A stretch of 62,144 nt of DNA, filler included, from Acidimicrobiia bacterium (GTDB lineage Bacteria; Actinomycetota; Acidimicrobiia; Spongiisociales; JAHEDJ01): the NCBI GenBank assembly GCA_029210695.1. It is 3 parts of 3 records of this genome, joined end to end, with 100 filler letters (N's around TTAATTAATTAA, not from the genome) between each part and the next. Parts side by side here need not be neighbours in the genome. Positions count along the whole stretch, not along the records: positions 1 to 29,004 come from JARGFH010000006.1; 2 more parts are not named here. One strand, given 5' to 3'. The notes under the pieces were generated by a model. The model had not been told where the DNA came from. It ran no database searches and worked only from the letters and a program-made list of their open reading frames with translations. Every line of letters begins with the position of its first letter. The stretch's first letter is position 1. This document shows, one piece after another, positions 8,413-18,035 of the stretch. Made by a program: the position numbers and the translations under genes.

Positions 8413-10337
8413 TACTTGTAGCTCCTTTGCGCCAGCTCAACGTTTTCGAACACGAGCTGCTCCTTGTGCAAGGTTGGTTCTTCGCCAACCCCGTTGAACT
8501 CCCACGCCGCTACATAGGCGTAGTTCTCATCGTCACGCAGCGCCTCGCCCTCCGGGGTCCGGCTCTCCTCCCGGAAGTGGCCACCGCAAGACTCACGACG
8601 ATTGAGGGCGTCGATCGCCATCAGCTCGGCGAGTTCCAGGAAGTCGGCGACCCGGCCGGCCTTTTCGAGTGTCTGATTGAACGACTCGTTGGTGCCGGTG
8701 ACCTTGACGTCCTTGTGAAACTCCGCCCGGAGCCTCCGGATCTCGGCGATGGCTCTCTTCAAGCCCTCCTCGTTCCTGGCCATGCCGACTTCGGCAATCA
8801 TCACCTTGCCCAGCTCCCGATGGAAGTAGTCGGGTGATCTAGTGCCGTTGATGGCGATCAACTCATCGATCTGATCCTTGACCGCCTTCTCGCCGGCCTT
8901 GAAAGCGGCGTGGTCGGTCGGAACCGGATCGGTACCCAACTGGTCGGACAGATAGTCGCCGATCGTGTTGGGCAACACGAAGTATCCGTCCGCCAAACCC
9001 TGCATCAGGGCGGAAGCACCCAGGCGGTTGCCGCCGTGGTCGGAGAAGTTTGCTTCGCCGATTGCATAGAGTCCCGGAATCGTCGTCATCAGGTTGTAGT
9101 CCACCCACAACCCCCCCATCGTGTAATGGGGGGCCGGGTAGATCCGCATCGGCACCTTGTACGGGTTCTCGTCTGTGATGCGCTCATACATCTCAAAGAG
9201 ATTGCCGTAGCGTTGCTCGATGACATCCTTGCCGAGGCGACCGATCGCTTCTGCGAAGTCGAGGTAGACGCCGTTCTTGAGTGGTCCAACTCCGTAGCCC
9301 TCGTCGAACATGACCTTGGCCGCCCGGCTGGCCACGTCGCGCGGGACGAGGTTGCCGAAGGCGGGATAGCGGCGCTCGAGGAAGTAGTCGCGGTCGGCTT
9401 CGGGGATCTGATCGGGGGAGCGGGCCTCGTTCTTGTCTTTCGGTACCCAGATGCGTCCGTCGTTGCGCAGCGACTCCGACATGAGGGTCAGCTTCGATTG
9501 GAACTCCTCCGAAGCCGGGATCGCCGTCGGATGGATCTGGGTGAACGACGGGTTGGCGAACAACGCCCCGTGCTTGTGAGCACGCCACACGGCGGTGCCG
9601 TTGCACATCATCGCCATCGTCGACAGGTAGTAAGCATTGGCGTAGCCACCGGTCGCCAGCACGACCGCGTGCCCGGAGAACGAACGGATCTCGCCCGTCA
9701 CCAGATCTCGAGCGACCACACCGACCGCTTTGCCCTCGTGGACAACGACGTCGAGCATCTCCATCCGGTTGTAGAGCTTGACCTTGCCCAACTCGATCTG
9801 GCGGGCCATCGCCTGGTAGGCGCCAAGCAGCAGTTGCTGACCGGTGGCCCCCCGGCTGTAGAACGTGCGTGAGACCTGCGCACCACCGAATGACCGGTTG
9901 TCCAGCAGTCCTCCGTACTCACGTCCGTAGGGAACGCCCTGCGCCGCCGTCTGGTCGATGATCTCGTTTGAGACCTCCGCCAGGCGGTACACATTGGCCT
10001 CACGGGAGCGGTAGTCACCACCCTTGATCGTGTCGTAGAAGAGGCGGAAGACTGAATCCCCGTCGTTGTGGTAGTTCTTGGCGGCGTTGATCCCACCCTG
10101 GGCGGCGATCGAGTGGGCTCGCCGGGGCGAGTCGTGGTACGTGATCATCGTCACGTTGTAGCCGAGTTCGCCGAGCGTGGCTGCGGCGCTGGCTCCGGCC
10201 AGGCCGGAGCCGATGATCACTACTTCGTACTTGCGTTTGTTGGCCGGGTTGACCAGCTTCAAATCGAAGCGGGCATTCGACCATTTCTCTTCGAGCGGCC
10301 CCTCGGGGACCTTTGCGTCGAGAACGATATTGCTCAT
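8412..10337 (-). CDS. sdhA: Succinate dehydrogenase/fumarate reductase flavoprotein subunit
   Basis: True start MSNIVLDAK with [22 protein letters not shown] (FAD His), [17 protein letters not shown]. Confidence 0.95.
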   Translation of the reverse strand: MSNIVLDAKVPEGPLEEKWSNARFDLKLVNPANKRKYEVVIIGSGLAGASAAATLGELGYNVTMITYHDSPRRAHSIAAQGGINAAKNYHNDGDSVFRLFYDTIKGGDYRSREANVYRLAEVSNEIIDQTAAQGVPYGREYGGLLDNRSFGGAQVSRTFYSRGATGQQLLLGAYQAMARQIELGKVKLYNRMEMLDVVVHEGKAVGVVARDLVTGEIRSFSGHAVVLATGGYANAYYLSTMAMMCNGTAVWRAHKHGALFANPSFTQIHPTAIPASEEFQSKLTLMSESLRNDGRIWVPKDKNEARSPDQIPEADRDYFLERRYPAFGNLVPRDVASRAAKVMFDEGYGVGPLKNGVYLDFAEAIGRLGKDVIEQRYGNLFEMYERITDENPYKVPMRIYPAPHYTMGGLWVDYNLMTTIPGLYAIGEANFSDHGGNRLGASALMQGLADGYFVLPNTIGDYLSDQLGTDPVPTDHAAFKAGEKAVKDQIDELIAINGTRSPDYFHRELGKVMIAEVGMARNEEGLKRAIAEIRRLRAEFHKDVKVTGTNESFNQTLEKAGRVADFLELAELMAIDALNRRESCGGHFREESRTPEGEALRDDENYAYVAAWEFNGVGEEPTLHKEQLVFENVELAQRSYK

Positions 10338-10351
10338 CTCTGCATCCCCTT

Positions 10352-11083
10352 CTAACCGACCCAGCCGGCCCAGATCGAAAGCGGGAAGCTCACGTTCCCG
10401 ATGATTACGACTCCGGCGAACGCCGCCGCGAACCATTTCCGCCACGGATTGAACCGCGGATTGTTCCACCCGAGGCTCTGGAACAAACTCCAGGCGCCGT
10501 GGAAGATGTGGACGCCGACCAGGATGTTGGCGACGATGTAGAAGATCGCCACTGCCGGTTGCGTGAAGCTTGCCAGCATGTTGTGGCGGATCTCTCCGGT
10601 GATGAAATCGGGGTTGGTCGAGCCGATCGTGAGATCGGCGAGGTGGAAGAGGATGAACGCCAGGATGATGACGCCCGACCAGCGCATCGTTCGAGACGCG
10701 TAGTTCGCCACGAGATACTCGCGGGGCGCCTGGTACTTCTGTGGTCGTGCTTTTCGATTGATGATCGTCAGTGCGTAGGCGGCATGGATGTGGAGAACGA
10801 TCGAGACCGTCATCACCGCCCGGAAGATCCACAGGAATGCGGTCTTCGGCAGCAATGGTTCTCCGAGTTCTCTGAGCCACTCGCCGTAATGGTCGATGGC
10901 GTACACGCCCAGATCATCTGCTCCGAGGTAGATCTTCAAGTTCCCGAACATGTGAACGAAGACGTACCCGAGGATGATGATCCCCGTGACGGCCATGACC
11001 CACTTCTTGCCGACGGCCGAGCTGTAGAACTCAACCAGGAAGGGACGCGGCCCCTTCTTGGTCGGCGTGCCGGTCGCAGTCAC
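10352..11083 (-). CDS. sdhC: Succinate dehydrogenase cytochrome b subunit (single-anchor b558 type)
   Basis: [42 protein letters not shown]; first gene of sdhCAB. Confidence 0.93.
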   Translation of the reverse strand: MTATGTPTKKGPRPFLVEFYSSAVGKKWVMAVTGIIILGYVFVHMFGNLKIYLGADDLGVYAIDHYGEWLRELGEPLLPKTAFLWIFRAVMTVSIVLHIHAAYALTIINRKARPQKYQAPREYLVANYASRTMRWSGVIILAFILFHLADLTIGSTNPDFITGEIRHNMLASFTQPAVAIFYIVANILVGVHIFHGAWSLFQSLGWNNPRFNPWRKWFAAAFAGVVIIGNVSFPLSIWAGWVG

Positions 11084-11212
11084 TGCGCCTCCTCGGTGGT
11101 TCTAGCTGATGGCATTACAGCCTAGAAGGGAAGGGCGGGGGCTGTGGCACGGGGCTGTGGGGCCATTGGTCACATTCGGGCGGCGGGCGGTCGCCCGCCG
11201 CCAGCAGCCAGA

Positions 11213-11303
11213 GGTTTTGGGTTTTAGGTTTTAGGTTGTGCGTGGATGAAGTGGGGCCGCGAGTGCCTGCGGCCCTGGGGCCAATTGCCAATCGCCAATT
11301 GCC
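11213..11303. repeat. Hybrid heptamer site: family A left arm plus family B inverted right arm
   Basis: GGTTTTG GGTTTTA GGTTTTA GGTTGTG ... GGGCCAATT GCCAATC GCCAATT GCC; preceded by the hairpin GGCGGCGGGCG-GT-CGCCCGCCGCC (11179-11202). Confidence 0.75.
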
Positions 11304-11374
11304 TCCGGGGCACGACGCCCCATCTACCCAACGACTCCCAAGTAGGAATAGTGCGTACGCCCCATAGATCCGTC

Positions 11375-11429
11375 TTGACAGCGCGCGCGCCGACAACGAT
11401 GATGACAAAGATGTAACTACACGGGTGTA
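11375..11429 (+). promoter_or_regulatory. Sigma70-type promoter of whiB plus TACAC-GG-GTGTA palindrome
   Basis: TTGACA-N17-GATGAT at 11375-11403; palindrome at 11418-11429 just before the start codon. Confidence 0.55.
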
Positions 11430-11437
11430 AGGGTTCA

Positions 11438-11722
11438 TTGTTGCAACGCACACTTATTGAAGCACTCGCGGTCGACGATCTCGCCTGGCAGGACTTCTCC
11501 AGTTGCCGCGGTGCCGATGCCGATCTGTTCTTTCCAGAACGCGGCGCATCGACGCGCAAAGCGAAATCCATATGCATGGCCTGCGAAGTCCGGGTTGAAT
11601 GCCTGGAGTTCGCCATTGTGAGCGGGGAGAAGTTCGGGATCTGGGGCGGTCTGTCGGAGCGTGAGCGGCGGAAGATCCGTAAAGAACGCTCGATAGCAGC
11701 CCGCCGTCGCGAAGCGGTCTAG
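11438..11722 (+). CDS. whiB: WhiB family transcriptional regulator (WhiB2/WhiB-like)
   Basis: Four Cys; DLFFPERGASTRKAKSIC; FGIWGGLSERERR. Confidence 0.93.
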   Translation: MLQRTLIEALAVDDLAWQDFSSCRGADADLFFPERGASTRKAKSICMACEVRVECLEFAIVSGEKFGIWGGLSERERRKIRKERSIAARRREAV

Positions 11723-11729
11723 GGCAACA

Positions 11730-11790
11730 GGTTCCGGGTTTTGAGGTTCTGGGTTTTACTTGGAACCTACCAACCCAAAACCTGGGACCT
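11730..11790. repeat. Empty inverted heptamer array (family A)
   Basis: GGTTCCG GGTTTTG AGGTTCT GGGTTTT abutting TGGAACC TACCAAC CCAAAAC CTGGGACC. Confidence 0.75.
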
Positions 11791-11860
11791 TGGGCTACAC
11801 CCGGTGGTTCCCTCGCCCTCTTCTAGTATCCAGGTCTAGATAGCTACAAGAAAGGTCGAC

Positions 11861-12805
11861 GTGAAGGCAGGTGGCATCTTCCTCATTGTCGTTGCGGTCG
11901 TGCTGGTCGTGGTGTCGATCATGTTGCGCAACCGTCGTGAACTCCTGAAAAAGGAATACGGGATAACCGGCGAGAACAAGGCGCCACAAGCCGAGATCGA
12001 CGTCGAGCACCCCCGCCCACACGTCGCCGAATTCCACGTTCGCGGCGAGGTCGCCACCGTGACCTTCGATGTTCCGCTTCCGGAGGGCGACGTCGACGAA
12101 GTACTGAAAGAACTGCTGCTCCACGAGTCGATTGAGGTCGTCCGTGAGAAGCGACACACGCTGCCGATCGACATGGTCACCAAGGTCGTGGCGATGGCAG
12201 GGCGCAACGGTGAGCCACGTCGGGTGGGGGCAATCAATCTCCCGGAACCGGGCGTCCTCCCGCCTCCCTCGGTCGCACCGCCGGCATTCTCATTCGGCCA
12301 CATTGCCTACGATCCGCTCGAAGAAGAGTTTTCAGGCGAGAAGCCCGAAAACATCCCGTCCCTGGCCGACACGAAGGCATCGGATCTCCTGGCTCCAATC
12401 GGATCGGAGCTTCGGCTCCCGAGGGCGGTCGATCTCGGCTTGCGCGCCCAGGGTATCGACCCGGCGACGATGCAGGCTGGAGACCTGGTGCGGGCCATGC
12501 TCACGATGTTCGGCTATCGCCTCTCTCCTGGCGTGAACGACGACACATTCATTGCCGAGAAGGCCGGGGTCCGGACGTTCATTCGCCAGGTCCCTCACGA
12601 AGAAGGCGGCTACCCCGAGCTCGAAGGCGGTGTCATCAGCCGGTTCGTCGCCGAAGTAGCTGGAGCCAAGACCGACCGGGCTCTTCTCGTTACGGACAAG
12701 TTCGGCCCCTTCGAGGTCTACGAACGGGAGCGCCGGGATCCCCGTTGCCGGTTCATCACCCGCGAGCGGCTGCAGAAGTTCGTTGATTCGATGGCGCTCG
12801 AGTAG
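11861..12805 (+). CDS. Membrane-anchored hypothetical protein, possibly a degenerate Mrr/restriction-endonuclease-like C-terminal fold
   Basis: N-terminal TM helix. The C-terminus (MLTMFGY...ALLVTDKF...RFITRERLQKF) resembles Mrr-cat topology but shows no clear catalytic motif. Confidence 0.6.
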   Translation: MKAGGIFLIVVAVVLVVVSIMLRNRRELLKKEYGITGENKAPQAEIDVEHPRPHVAEFHVRGEVATVTFDVPLPEGDVDEVLKELLLHESIEVVREKRHTLPIDMVTKVVAMAGRNGEPRRVGAINLPEPGVLPPPSVAPPAFSFGHIAYDPLEEEFSGEKPENIPSLADTKASDLLAPIGSELRLPRAVDLGLRAQGIDPATMQAGDLVRAMLTMFGYRLSPGVNDDTFIAEKAGVRTFIRQVPHEEGGYPELEGGVISRFVAEVAGAKTDRALLVTDKFGPFEVYERERRDPRCRFITRERLQKFVDSMALE

Positions 12806-12826
12806 CCAATCTCTGATTGGCTACTC
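12800..12826 (+). terminator. Perfect 12-bp hairpin over the stop codon
   Basis: GAGTAGCCAATC TCT GATTGGCTACTC followed by CCGTTTT. Confidence 0.65.
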
Positions 12827-12828
12827 CC

Positions 12829-12901
12829 GTTTTAGGTTCTACGTTCTGAGTTCTGAGTAGCTCCAGGCCGCGTTAGGACCTATAACCCAAAACCCAGAAC
12901 C
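12829..12901. repeat. Empty inverted heptamer array (family A) with short spacer
   Basis: GTTTTAG GTTCTAC GTTCTGA GTTCTGA ... TAGGACC TATAACC CAAAACC CAGAACC. Confidence 0.85.
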
Positions 12902-12933
12902 GACTCAGCGGCGATCGATCGAGGACTCACCAG

Positions 12934-12959
12934 GGAACCGCTCAAACGCTTTGTGCGTC
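12934..12959 (+). promoter_or_regulatory. ECF (SigE/SigH-type) promoter upstream of tatA
   Basis: GGAAC-N17-CGTC. Confidence 0.55.
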
Positions 12960-13017
12960 TCAACCTCGAAGGTTTGTTCGGCAACGAGGGTTATGATGCG
13001 GGTAAAGGGAGATATCC

Positions 13018-13194
13018 ATGTTTGGACTCAAGCCAACCGAGTTACTCATAATCTTGGCGATCGTCCTGCTCCTCTTCGGGGCTCGGAAGCTCCCCGACCT
13101 TGCCCGTTCGCTCGGTGCGTCGGCAAAGGAGTTCAGGAAGGGCCTCGAGGCGGGTGTCGATGAGAACTCGCCTGAAGAACACACTGATACCTAG
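13018..13194 (+). CDS. tatA: Twin-arginine translocase TatA/TatE subunit (58 aa; not in ORF track)
   Basis: Manual translation [68 protein letters not shown]. Confidence 0.93.
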   Translation: MFGLKPTELLIILAIVLLLFGARKLPDLARSLGASAKEFRKGLEAGVDENSPEEHTDT

Positions 13195-13219
13195 GAACTC
13201 AATCTTGCCATCCGGCGTT
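13194..13219 (+). promoter_or_regulatory. ECF (SigE-type) autoregulatory promoter
   Basis: GGAAC-N17-CGTT ending 16 nt before the sigma factor start codon. Confidence 0.65.
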
Positions 13220-13235
13220 CTTCGGGTAGGCACAC

Positions 13236-13739
13236 GTGCCTGAAGACGTTCCTCTCAGCTGGGAAGAGGTGGCCCGGACTCATGGCCGGAAGATCTACAA
13301 CTTCGCATATCGGCTCACCGGAAACCCGGATGATGCTGCCGATCTCGCTCAGGAAGTGCTTCTGCGCGTCAGACGCGGACTTGCCGGCTATCAGCCCGGA
13401 TCCTTCGAGGGCTGGCTCTGGCGTATCACCCGCAACGCTTTCCTCGATGACGTTCGCCGCAAGAACCGGCGCCCAATCTCGGCTCTGCCGGACGAACTCG
13501 ATCGTTTCGCGGCAATCAGCACACCGTCGCCCGACGACGTGCTCGCCTCCCTTCGCCTTGGGGATGATATGCAGAAGGCCTTGCTCGGTCTGCCGTACGA
13601 CTTCCGGGAGGCCGTCGTGATGTGTGATGTAATCGGCCTCTCGTACGATGAGATCGCCCTCGCCTCCGCCGTGCCGGTCGGCACGGTGCGCAGCCGGATT
13701 CACAGGGGCCGGAAGATGCTGAGGGAGGCTCTGGGATGA
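13236..13739 (+). CDS. sigE: ECF RNA polymerase sigma factor, SigE-like
   Basis: SWEEVARTH..IYNFAYRLTGNPDDAADLAQEV..YQPGSFEGWLWRIT; GTVRSRIHRGR. Confidence 0.85.
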   Translation: MPEDVPLSWEEVARTHGRKIYNFAYRLTGNPDDAADLAQEVLLRVRRGLAGYQPGSFEGWLWRITRNAFLDDVRRKNRRPISALPDELDRFAAISTPSPDDVLASLRLGDDMQKALLGLPYDFREAVVMCDVIGLSYDEIALASAVPVGTVRSRIHRGRKMLREALG

Positions 13740-14161
13740 CCCATCTAGGCGAACTCCTCTCCGCCTACCTCGACGGTGAAGTCACGGAAAGCGAGCGAAA
13801 TCTCGTCACGTCGCATATCGGCGATTGCGCCACCTGCCAGACGGAACTCGCCGACCTCCACCTGGCGCGATCGGCACTCCGTTCGTTGCCGGTACTCGAT
13901 CTCCCCGCCGGACTCCTCAACGGCGGTGACGTTGACGTGGTGATTCCATTGGTTCGGCGGCCGCGGGTATGGATGGCGGCGGCAGCGGCCACCGTTGCGG
14001 TCTTCGTTGGTGTCGCCACCTTCGTGACGCCGGAACCGACGGTGCCGATCACCTTCAATGAGATCAGCCTCGAGCACAACAACCGGTCGCAACTCGATCC
14101 GCTGCTGACACCCGGCAAGGCCGTTCCGGCTGTTTCCCTGCCGATCGGAGGCGCCGAATGA
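13736..14161 (+). CDS. Zinc-binding anti-sigma factor (RseA/ZAS)
   Basis: HLGELLSAYLDGE...HIGDCATC (HxxxCxxC) plus TM helix; start overlaps the sigma stop codon. Confidence 0.9.
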   Translation: MTHLGELLSAYLDGEVTESERNLVTSHIGDCATCQTELADLHLARSALRSLPVLDLPAGLLNGGDVDVVIPLVRRPRVWMAAAAATVAVFVGVATFVTPEPTVPITFNEISLEHNNRSQLDPLLTPGKAVPAVSLPIGGAE

Positions 14162-15060
14162 GACGCGGCGCTTTTGTCTTCCTTCTCATCGTCGCCATGG
14201 TGATCGGAGCCGGGCCAGCCTTGGCGCTGGATGATCTCACCCCGTATCTCGAACAACAGTCGGCTGCCGAGTTCAGTGGTGAGGAAAGCGTTGTCTGCTA
14301 CACGCCCGACGGCGTTGTCTCGGAACTCACCGTTGTGCGTCAGGCCAATGGGGTGCGCGTGGTCGAGGACGGCGAAGGCGCAATAGGGGTCACCCGGGTC
14401 TACCACGGCGACAACTGGGTGCTCGGAGACCAATACCGCGTCGAAGTATCGGGTCGGGATCGATTCTTGAGCCGTCCGGTGACGGTGGTCGATGTAGTCG
14501 AGGACGACCTCGTGCGGGTTGGATTGTTCTTCGATCAATCGTCGGGGGCGTTGCTCGCCTCAGACGTTCACAACGCCGACGGCTCGACCTACTGCTCGAG
14601 TCGGTTCTTGAGCTTCGATCCGAAGACGCCCGTCATCCCGGACGACCTGCTCGCCGGCCTCACGACCCGACCTGGATCGAGCGAAGCGGGCGTAGTGGAC
14701 GCCGATGCCTTCCCGAAGGAAATCGCCGGGTTCTCCTTGACCGAGGTTTCCGAAGGTCCGGCCGCGGGCGTGACGAATGGCTACTACGCAGATGGGATCT
14801 TCTCGTTCACGGTGTTCGTGTCGGAGCGCGCCATCGAGGTTCCAGAACTCGCCGATGCACCGGTCGTGAAGATGCGGGGCGGCGAGTACCAGCGACAGTT
14901 CTATCCAGGACAGGTGATCCTCGCCTGGGAGACCAGGTCTGGTGGAATCGTTCTGGTCGGCGATCTTCCGCTCGATCTCCAGGAAGATGTGCTCGAAGCT
15001 CTGCCTGCCCCGGGCAAGCCGAACTTCTTCGTCAGGTTCTGGAGAGGTTTGTTCGGCTAG
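14158..15060 (+). CDS. Secreted MucB/RseB-like sigma-E regulatory protein
   Basis: Signal peptide; YADGIFSFTVFV and LVGDLP resemble the RseB C-terminus; third gene of the sigE operon. Confidence 0.65.
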   Translation: MRRGAFVFLLIVAMVIGAGPALALDDLTPYLEQQSAAEFSGEESVVCYTPDGVVSELTVVRQANGVRVVEDGEGAIGVTRVYHGDNWVLGDQYRVEVSGRDRFLSRPVTVVDVVEDDLVRVGLFFDQSSGALLASDVHNADGSTYCSSRFLSFDPKTPVIPDDLLAGLTTRPGSSEAGVVDADAFPKEIAGFSLTEVSEGPAAGVTNGYYADGIFSFTVFVSERAIEVPELADAPVVKMRGGEYQRQFYPGQVILAWETRSGGIVLVGDLPLDLQEDVLEALPAPGKPNFFVRFWRGLFG

Positions 15061-15067
15061 GAACTGC

Positions 15068-15532
15068 TCAGCCGTCGATCGCTTCCAGAGCCTTCGGGTA
15101 ATCGGCCACCGAGCGCCGGACGGTCAAAGAGTCCGTGGCGATGATGTCGCGCACGATTCCGTCTGCGTCGAGGACATAAGTAGCCCGCCAGGCGCTACCT
15201 GTCGTCTCATTGAAACACCCAAACGCCTGGGCGGTGGCGCCGTGTGGCCAGAAATCCGAGAGGATCGGGAACGTGAAGTTCTGAGAATCCGACCACGCCT
15301 TGTTGGCAGGACGGGTGTCGCACGTGATCGAGATTACATTGGCGTCGAAACGCTCGAGTTGGTGCAGGTTGTCGCGGATGTCGCACAACTCGCCTTCGCA
15401 GTTGCCGGTGAACGGGAACGGAATGAAGACGATCAGCGACTTGCGGCCCTTGAGGTCGCCGAGCGAGACCTCGTTACCGTCCTGATCCTTGAGCGTGAAA
15501 TCCGGGGCAGCATCGCCGATGGAGATTGGCAT
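15068..15532 (-). CDS. Peroxiredoxin (AhpE-like, AhpC/TSA)
   Basis: IGDAAPDFTLKDQ, FIPFPFTGNCEGELC, LSDFWPHG; GAGGAG RBS. Confidence 0.9.
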   Translation of the reverse strand: MPISIGDAAPDFTLKDQDGNEVSLGDLKGRKSLIVFIPFPFTGNCEGELCDIRDNLHQLERFDANVISITCDTRPANKAWSDSQNFTFPILSDFWPHGATAQAFGCFNETTGSAWRATYVLDADGIVRDIIATDSLTVRRSVADYPKALEAIDG

Positions 15533-15570
15533 CTGAACTCCTCTGTGGTGTCTGGAAAACGGTAGCAAGA

Positions 15571-15590
15571 GGCAATTGGCAATTGGCCCC
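15571..15590 (+). repeat. Heptamer array family B (GCAATTG), single arm
   Basis: GGCAATTGGCAATTGGCCCC; same sequence as the arm at 25605-25622. Confidence 0.75.
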
Positions 15591-15636
15591 GTGCGAAACC
15601 TGCGGGTGCTGAGATCGCCCGGCCCACACGGCTCGG

Positions 15637-16728
15637 CTAGATCCCATCTTCCAGCAGTACTCGCGCCGCCCAGCCGACCGGGTCCTCTAGTTCGGCAAGT
15701 GTCGGCAGGTGGTCCGGAGACTCCCAGACCTGGTGCAGCGCGTCGTCGCCCCAGCGTCGCTCGACCTCTGCGCAGAACCTCGCACCAAGCCGGTACTGCT
15801 CTTGCTTGAGCTCGAGTCCGAGCAGCTTGTTGAGCCCTTGCTCGCCATGCGCCGGTTCCGACCGCCTGGCGTCCATCGCCGCTCGCAGGCGGTCGAGATC
15901 GGGCAGGAGCTTGGTGGCGGCGCGGTCCATTATGTAGTCGCCGTATCCTTCGAGCATCGCCATCAGGGCTTGGGCATCCTCGAGAGCCGGTAGCTGGGCT
16001 TCGGTCGACAGGAGTCCGGCCAGGCCGGTCGGATCCTCCATCATCTTCTCGAGCTGCGACGGATCCTGCATCTGCTGCAGGCGGTCGGTGATCCCGGACA
16101 TGTCGACCTCGATGCTCCCGACGTACCGCTCGACCAGATCGAAGAAATGCTGCCGTACCCATGGCACTGAGAACTCGGCCTGGTGGGTCACCTCGTGCAT
16201 GGCCACCCACAGGCGCACATTCTGCGGCTCCAGCCCGTTGTCTCTGGCGAACGCCTCGATGTTGGGAACGACGTAGTAGACATCCTGGACGTCGGCGGTC
16301 GGAAGTCCGATATCGAATTGGCCGAGAACCCGGTGACTGAGGAACCCAACCATGACGCCCATCTGCATGCCGAGCAAGGCCGGTCCCAACGGTTTGAGTA
16401 TGGCGTCGAGTGGTCCTCCACCCGAGGAGGTGTCGAGCTTCTCCGCCAGTGGTTCGACGAGGTAGCGGAAGCTGCGAAGGTTCTCTGTTGCCCAGCTGAC
16501 CCGATCGACTGGCGACCCCGAGAGCGCCGACCGGACTTCGAGAGGAGTGGATTCGGCGATCTGTAGTTGGGCCAGGCGGGTGAGCTGCTGGTATTCGTCC
16601 GCCAACCACGGATCGATCGGCTCGGGCTCGCCCGTGAGATGGTTGGCCACCTCTCGGGCCAGGCGCCAATTGATGGGGCCGGGTTGGTTGAAGAGCTCGA
16701 AGAGCTGCGAGAAGAGGTCTTCGCTCAC
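15637..16728 (-). CDS. Zinc-dependent metalloprotease (DUF2342/zincin-like)
   Basis: LGQFD, LWVAMHEVTH, LEGYGD, LLGLELKQEQY, LPTLAELEDP. Confidence 0.88.
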   Translation of the reverse strand: MSEDLFSQLFELFNQPGPINWRLAREVANHLTGEPEPIDPWLADEYQQLTRLAQLQIAESTPLEVRSALSGSPVDRVSWATENLRSFRYLVEPLAEKLDTSSGGGPLDAILKPLGPALLGMQMGVMVGFLSHRVLGQFDIGLPTADVQDVYYVVPNIEAFARDNGLEPQNVRLWVAMHEVTHQAEFSVPWVRQHFFDLVERYVGSIEVDMSGITDRLQQMQDPSQLEKMMEDPTGLAGLLSTEAQLPALEDAQALMAMLEGYGDYIMDRAATKLLPDLDRLRAAMDARRSEPAHGEQGLNKLLGLELKQEQYRLGARFCAEVERRWGDDALHQVWESPDHLPTLAELEDPVGWAARVLLEDGI

Positions 16729-18023
16729 AGGTCTTCAGGGCGCTGGCCCAACTCCACGTTCAACTCCATTTCATTGCCGTCCCGGTTGACAACAACATCG
16801 ATTTCGTCGCCTGCCCGGTACGAGCGAAGAATCGACAGGAGATCGAACGTCGTTCTCACCGGTGTGCCGTTGATAGAGACGACGATGTCACCCACCTCTG
16901 CGCCGGCCACCTGGATGGCGGAACCCGTTGCGAAGCCGGTGACGGCAGCTCCGGATGGGATCTCTGCTCCCTCATCCGATTCGCTCAGCGCGTCGTCGAC
17001 ACCGATACCGAGATAGGCGTGATGAACGACTCCGTCGGCGATCAGGTCGGCCGCCAGACGTTTGACCATATCGACGGGCACCGCAAAGCCGAGCCCCTCC
17101 GCGCCGACATCGCTGACCCCGATTGCGGTGGTGATGCCGATCAGCTGGGCCTGGCCGTTGAGCAGTGCCCCGCCACTTGATCCAAGCGTGATGGGGGCAT
17201 CGGTCTGCAGCAGCCCGTACAGTGCATCGTTCTGCCCGGGTCCGGTCGATAGCTGACGATTGAATGCCGAGACCACCCCGGCAGTGACCGACGGGCCGCC
17301 TTCCAGACCGAGCGGGCTCCCCACGGCGATGGCTTCGTCGCCGATCGCCAGTTCGTCGATATCGGCGAACTCGATTGAGGCGAGACCGATGGCATCGATC
17401 TTGAGTACGGCGATGTCGGTCAACGGGTCGGTCCCCACGACTTCGGCAATGAATCTTCGTCCATCAGAGAAGACCACCTTCGTGATCACCGTGTCCTCGA
17501 CGACGTGGTTGTTGGTGAGGATGTATCCGTCCGACCTGAAGACGACTCCTGAGCCGGTGGCGAAGGCTCGGAAGACCAACTCGGTTTCGCCTTCAGACGG
17601 CACGCTGACGTTGTCGCCGACTTCCACGGTCACGATGGCCGGGATCGCTCTGGCGGCAACTGCTGCGACACGGGAGTTGCCGTCCAGTGGAGTGATGATC
17701 ACGGCACCGGGCGGATCGTCGCTCACCGCATCGAGGGCAGGCTCGGCTAACGGCTCGACCTGCGTGATGCCCGTCCCGGTCCCGGCCTGGACGTCGTCTT
17801 CGAACACCCCGCCTATCCACAATGCCCCGACGGTGAGGGCGCTTCCGATGAGGCCGCCGATGATGGCCAGCAGCACACTTCCCCGTCGACGGACTCTCGC
17901 CTTTTTGGCGGGCCGTTGGCCGGCGTCGGTTGGGGCCGGCGTCTCCGTCGGGGCAGGAGGTGGAGGCGGCGTCACCGGGGCCGTCCGGGGCCGATGGAAC
18001 GGAGGAAGCTCGGGCTGGCTCAT
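16725..18023 (-). CDS. HtrA/DegP-like serine protease with PDZ domain
   Basis: TM anchor; GSGV, TNNHVV, TDIAVL, QTDAPITLGSSGGAL; C-terminal PDZ. Confidence 0.9.
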   Translation of the reverse strand: MSQPELPPFHRPRTAPVTPPPPPAPTETPAPTDAGQRPAKKARVRRRGSVLLAIIGGLIGSALTVGALWIGGVFEDDVQAGTGTGITQVEPLAEPALDAVSDDPPGAVIITPLDGNSRVAAVAARAIPAIVTVEVGDNVSVPSEGETELVFRAFATGSGVVFRSDGYILTNNHVVEDTVITKVVFSDGRRFIAEVVGTDPLTDIAVLKIDAIGLASIEFADIDELAIGDEAIAVGSPLGLEGGPSVTAGVVSAFNRQLSTGPGQNDALYGLLQTDAPITLGSSGGALLNGQAQLIGITTAIGVSDVGAEGLGFAVPVDMVKRLAADLIADGVVHHAYLGIGVDDALSESDEGAEIPSGAAVTGFATGSAIQVAGAEVGDIVVSINGTPVRTTFDLLSILRSYRAGDEIDVVVNRDGNEMELNVELGQRPEDL

Positions 18024-18035
18024 AAACTGCATTGT

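Noticed and set aside
10338..10880. 181-aa N-terminal extension of SdhA in the ORF track
   Set aside because: Overlaps sdhC in another frame; the RBS and homology begin at MSNIVLDAK (10337).
15533..16669. 533-aa ORF suggesting a peroxiredoxin fusion
   Set aside because: The upstream part is an off-frame shadow of the metalloprotease gene; the real start is at 15532.
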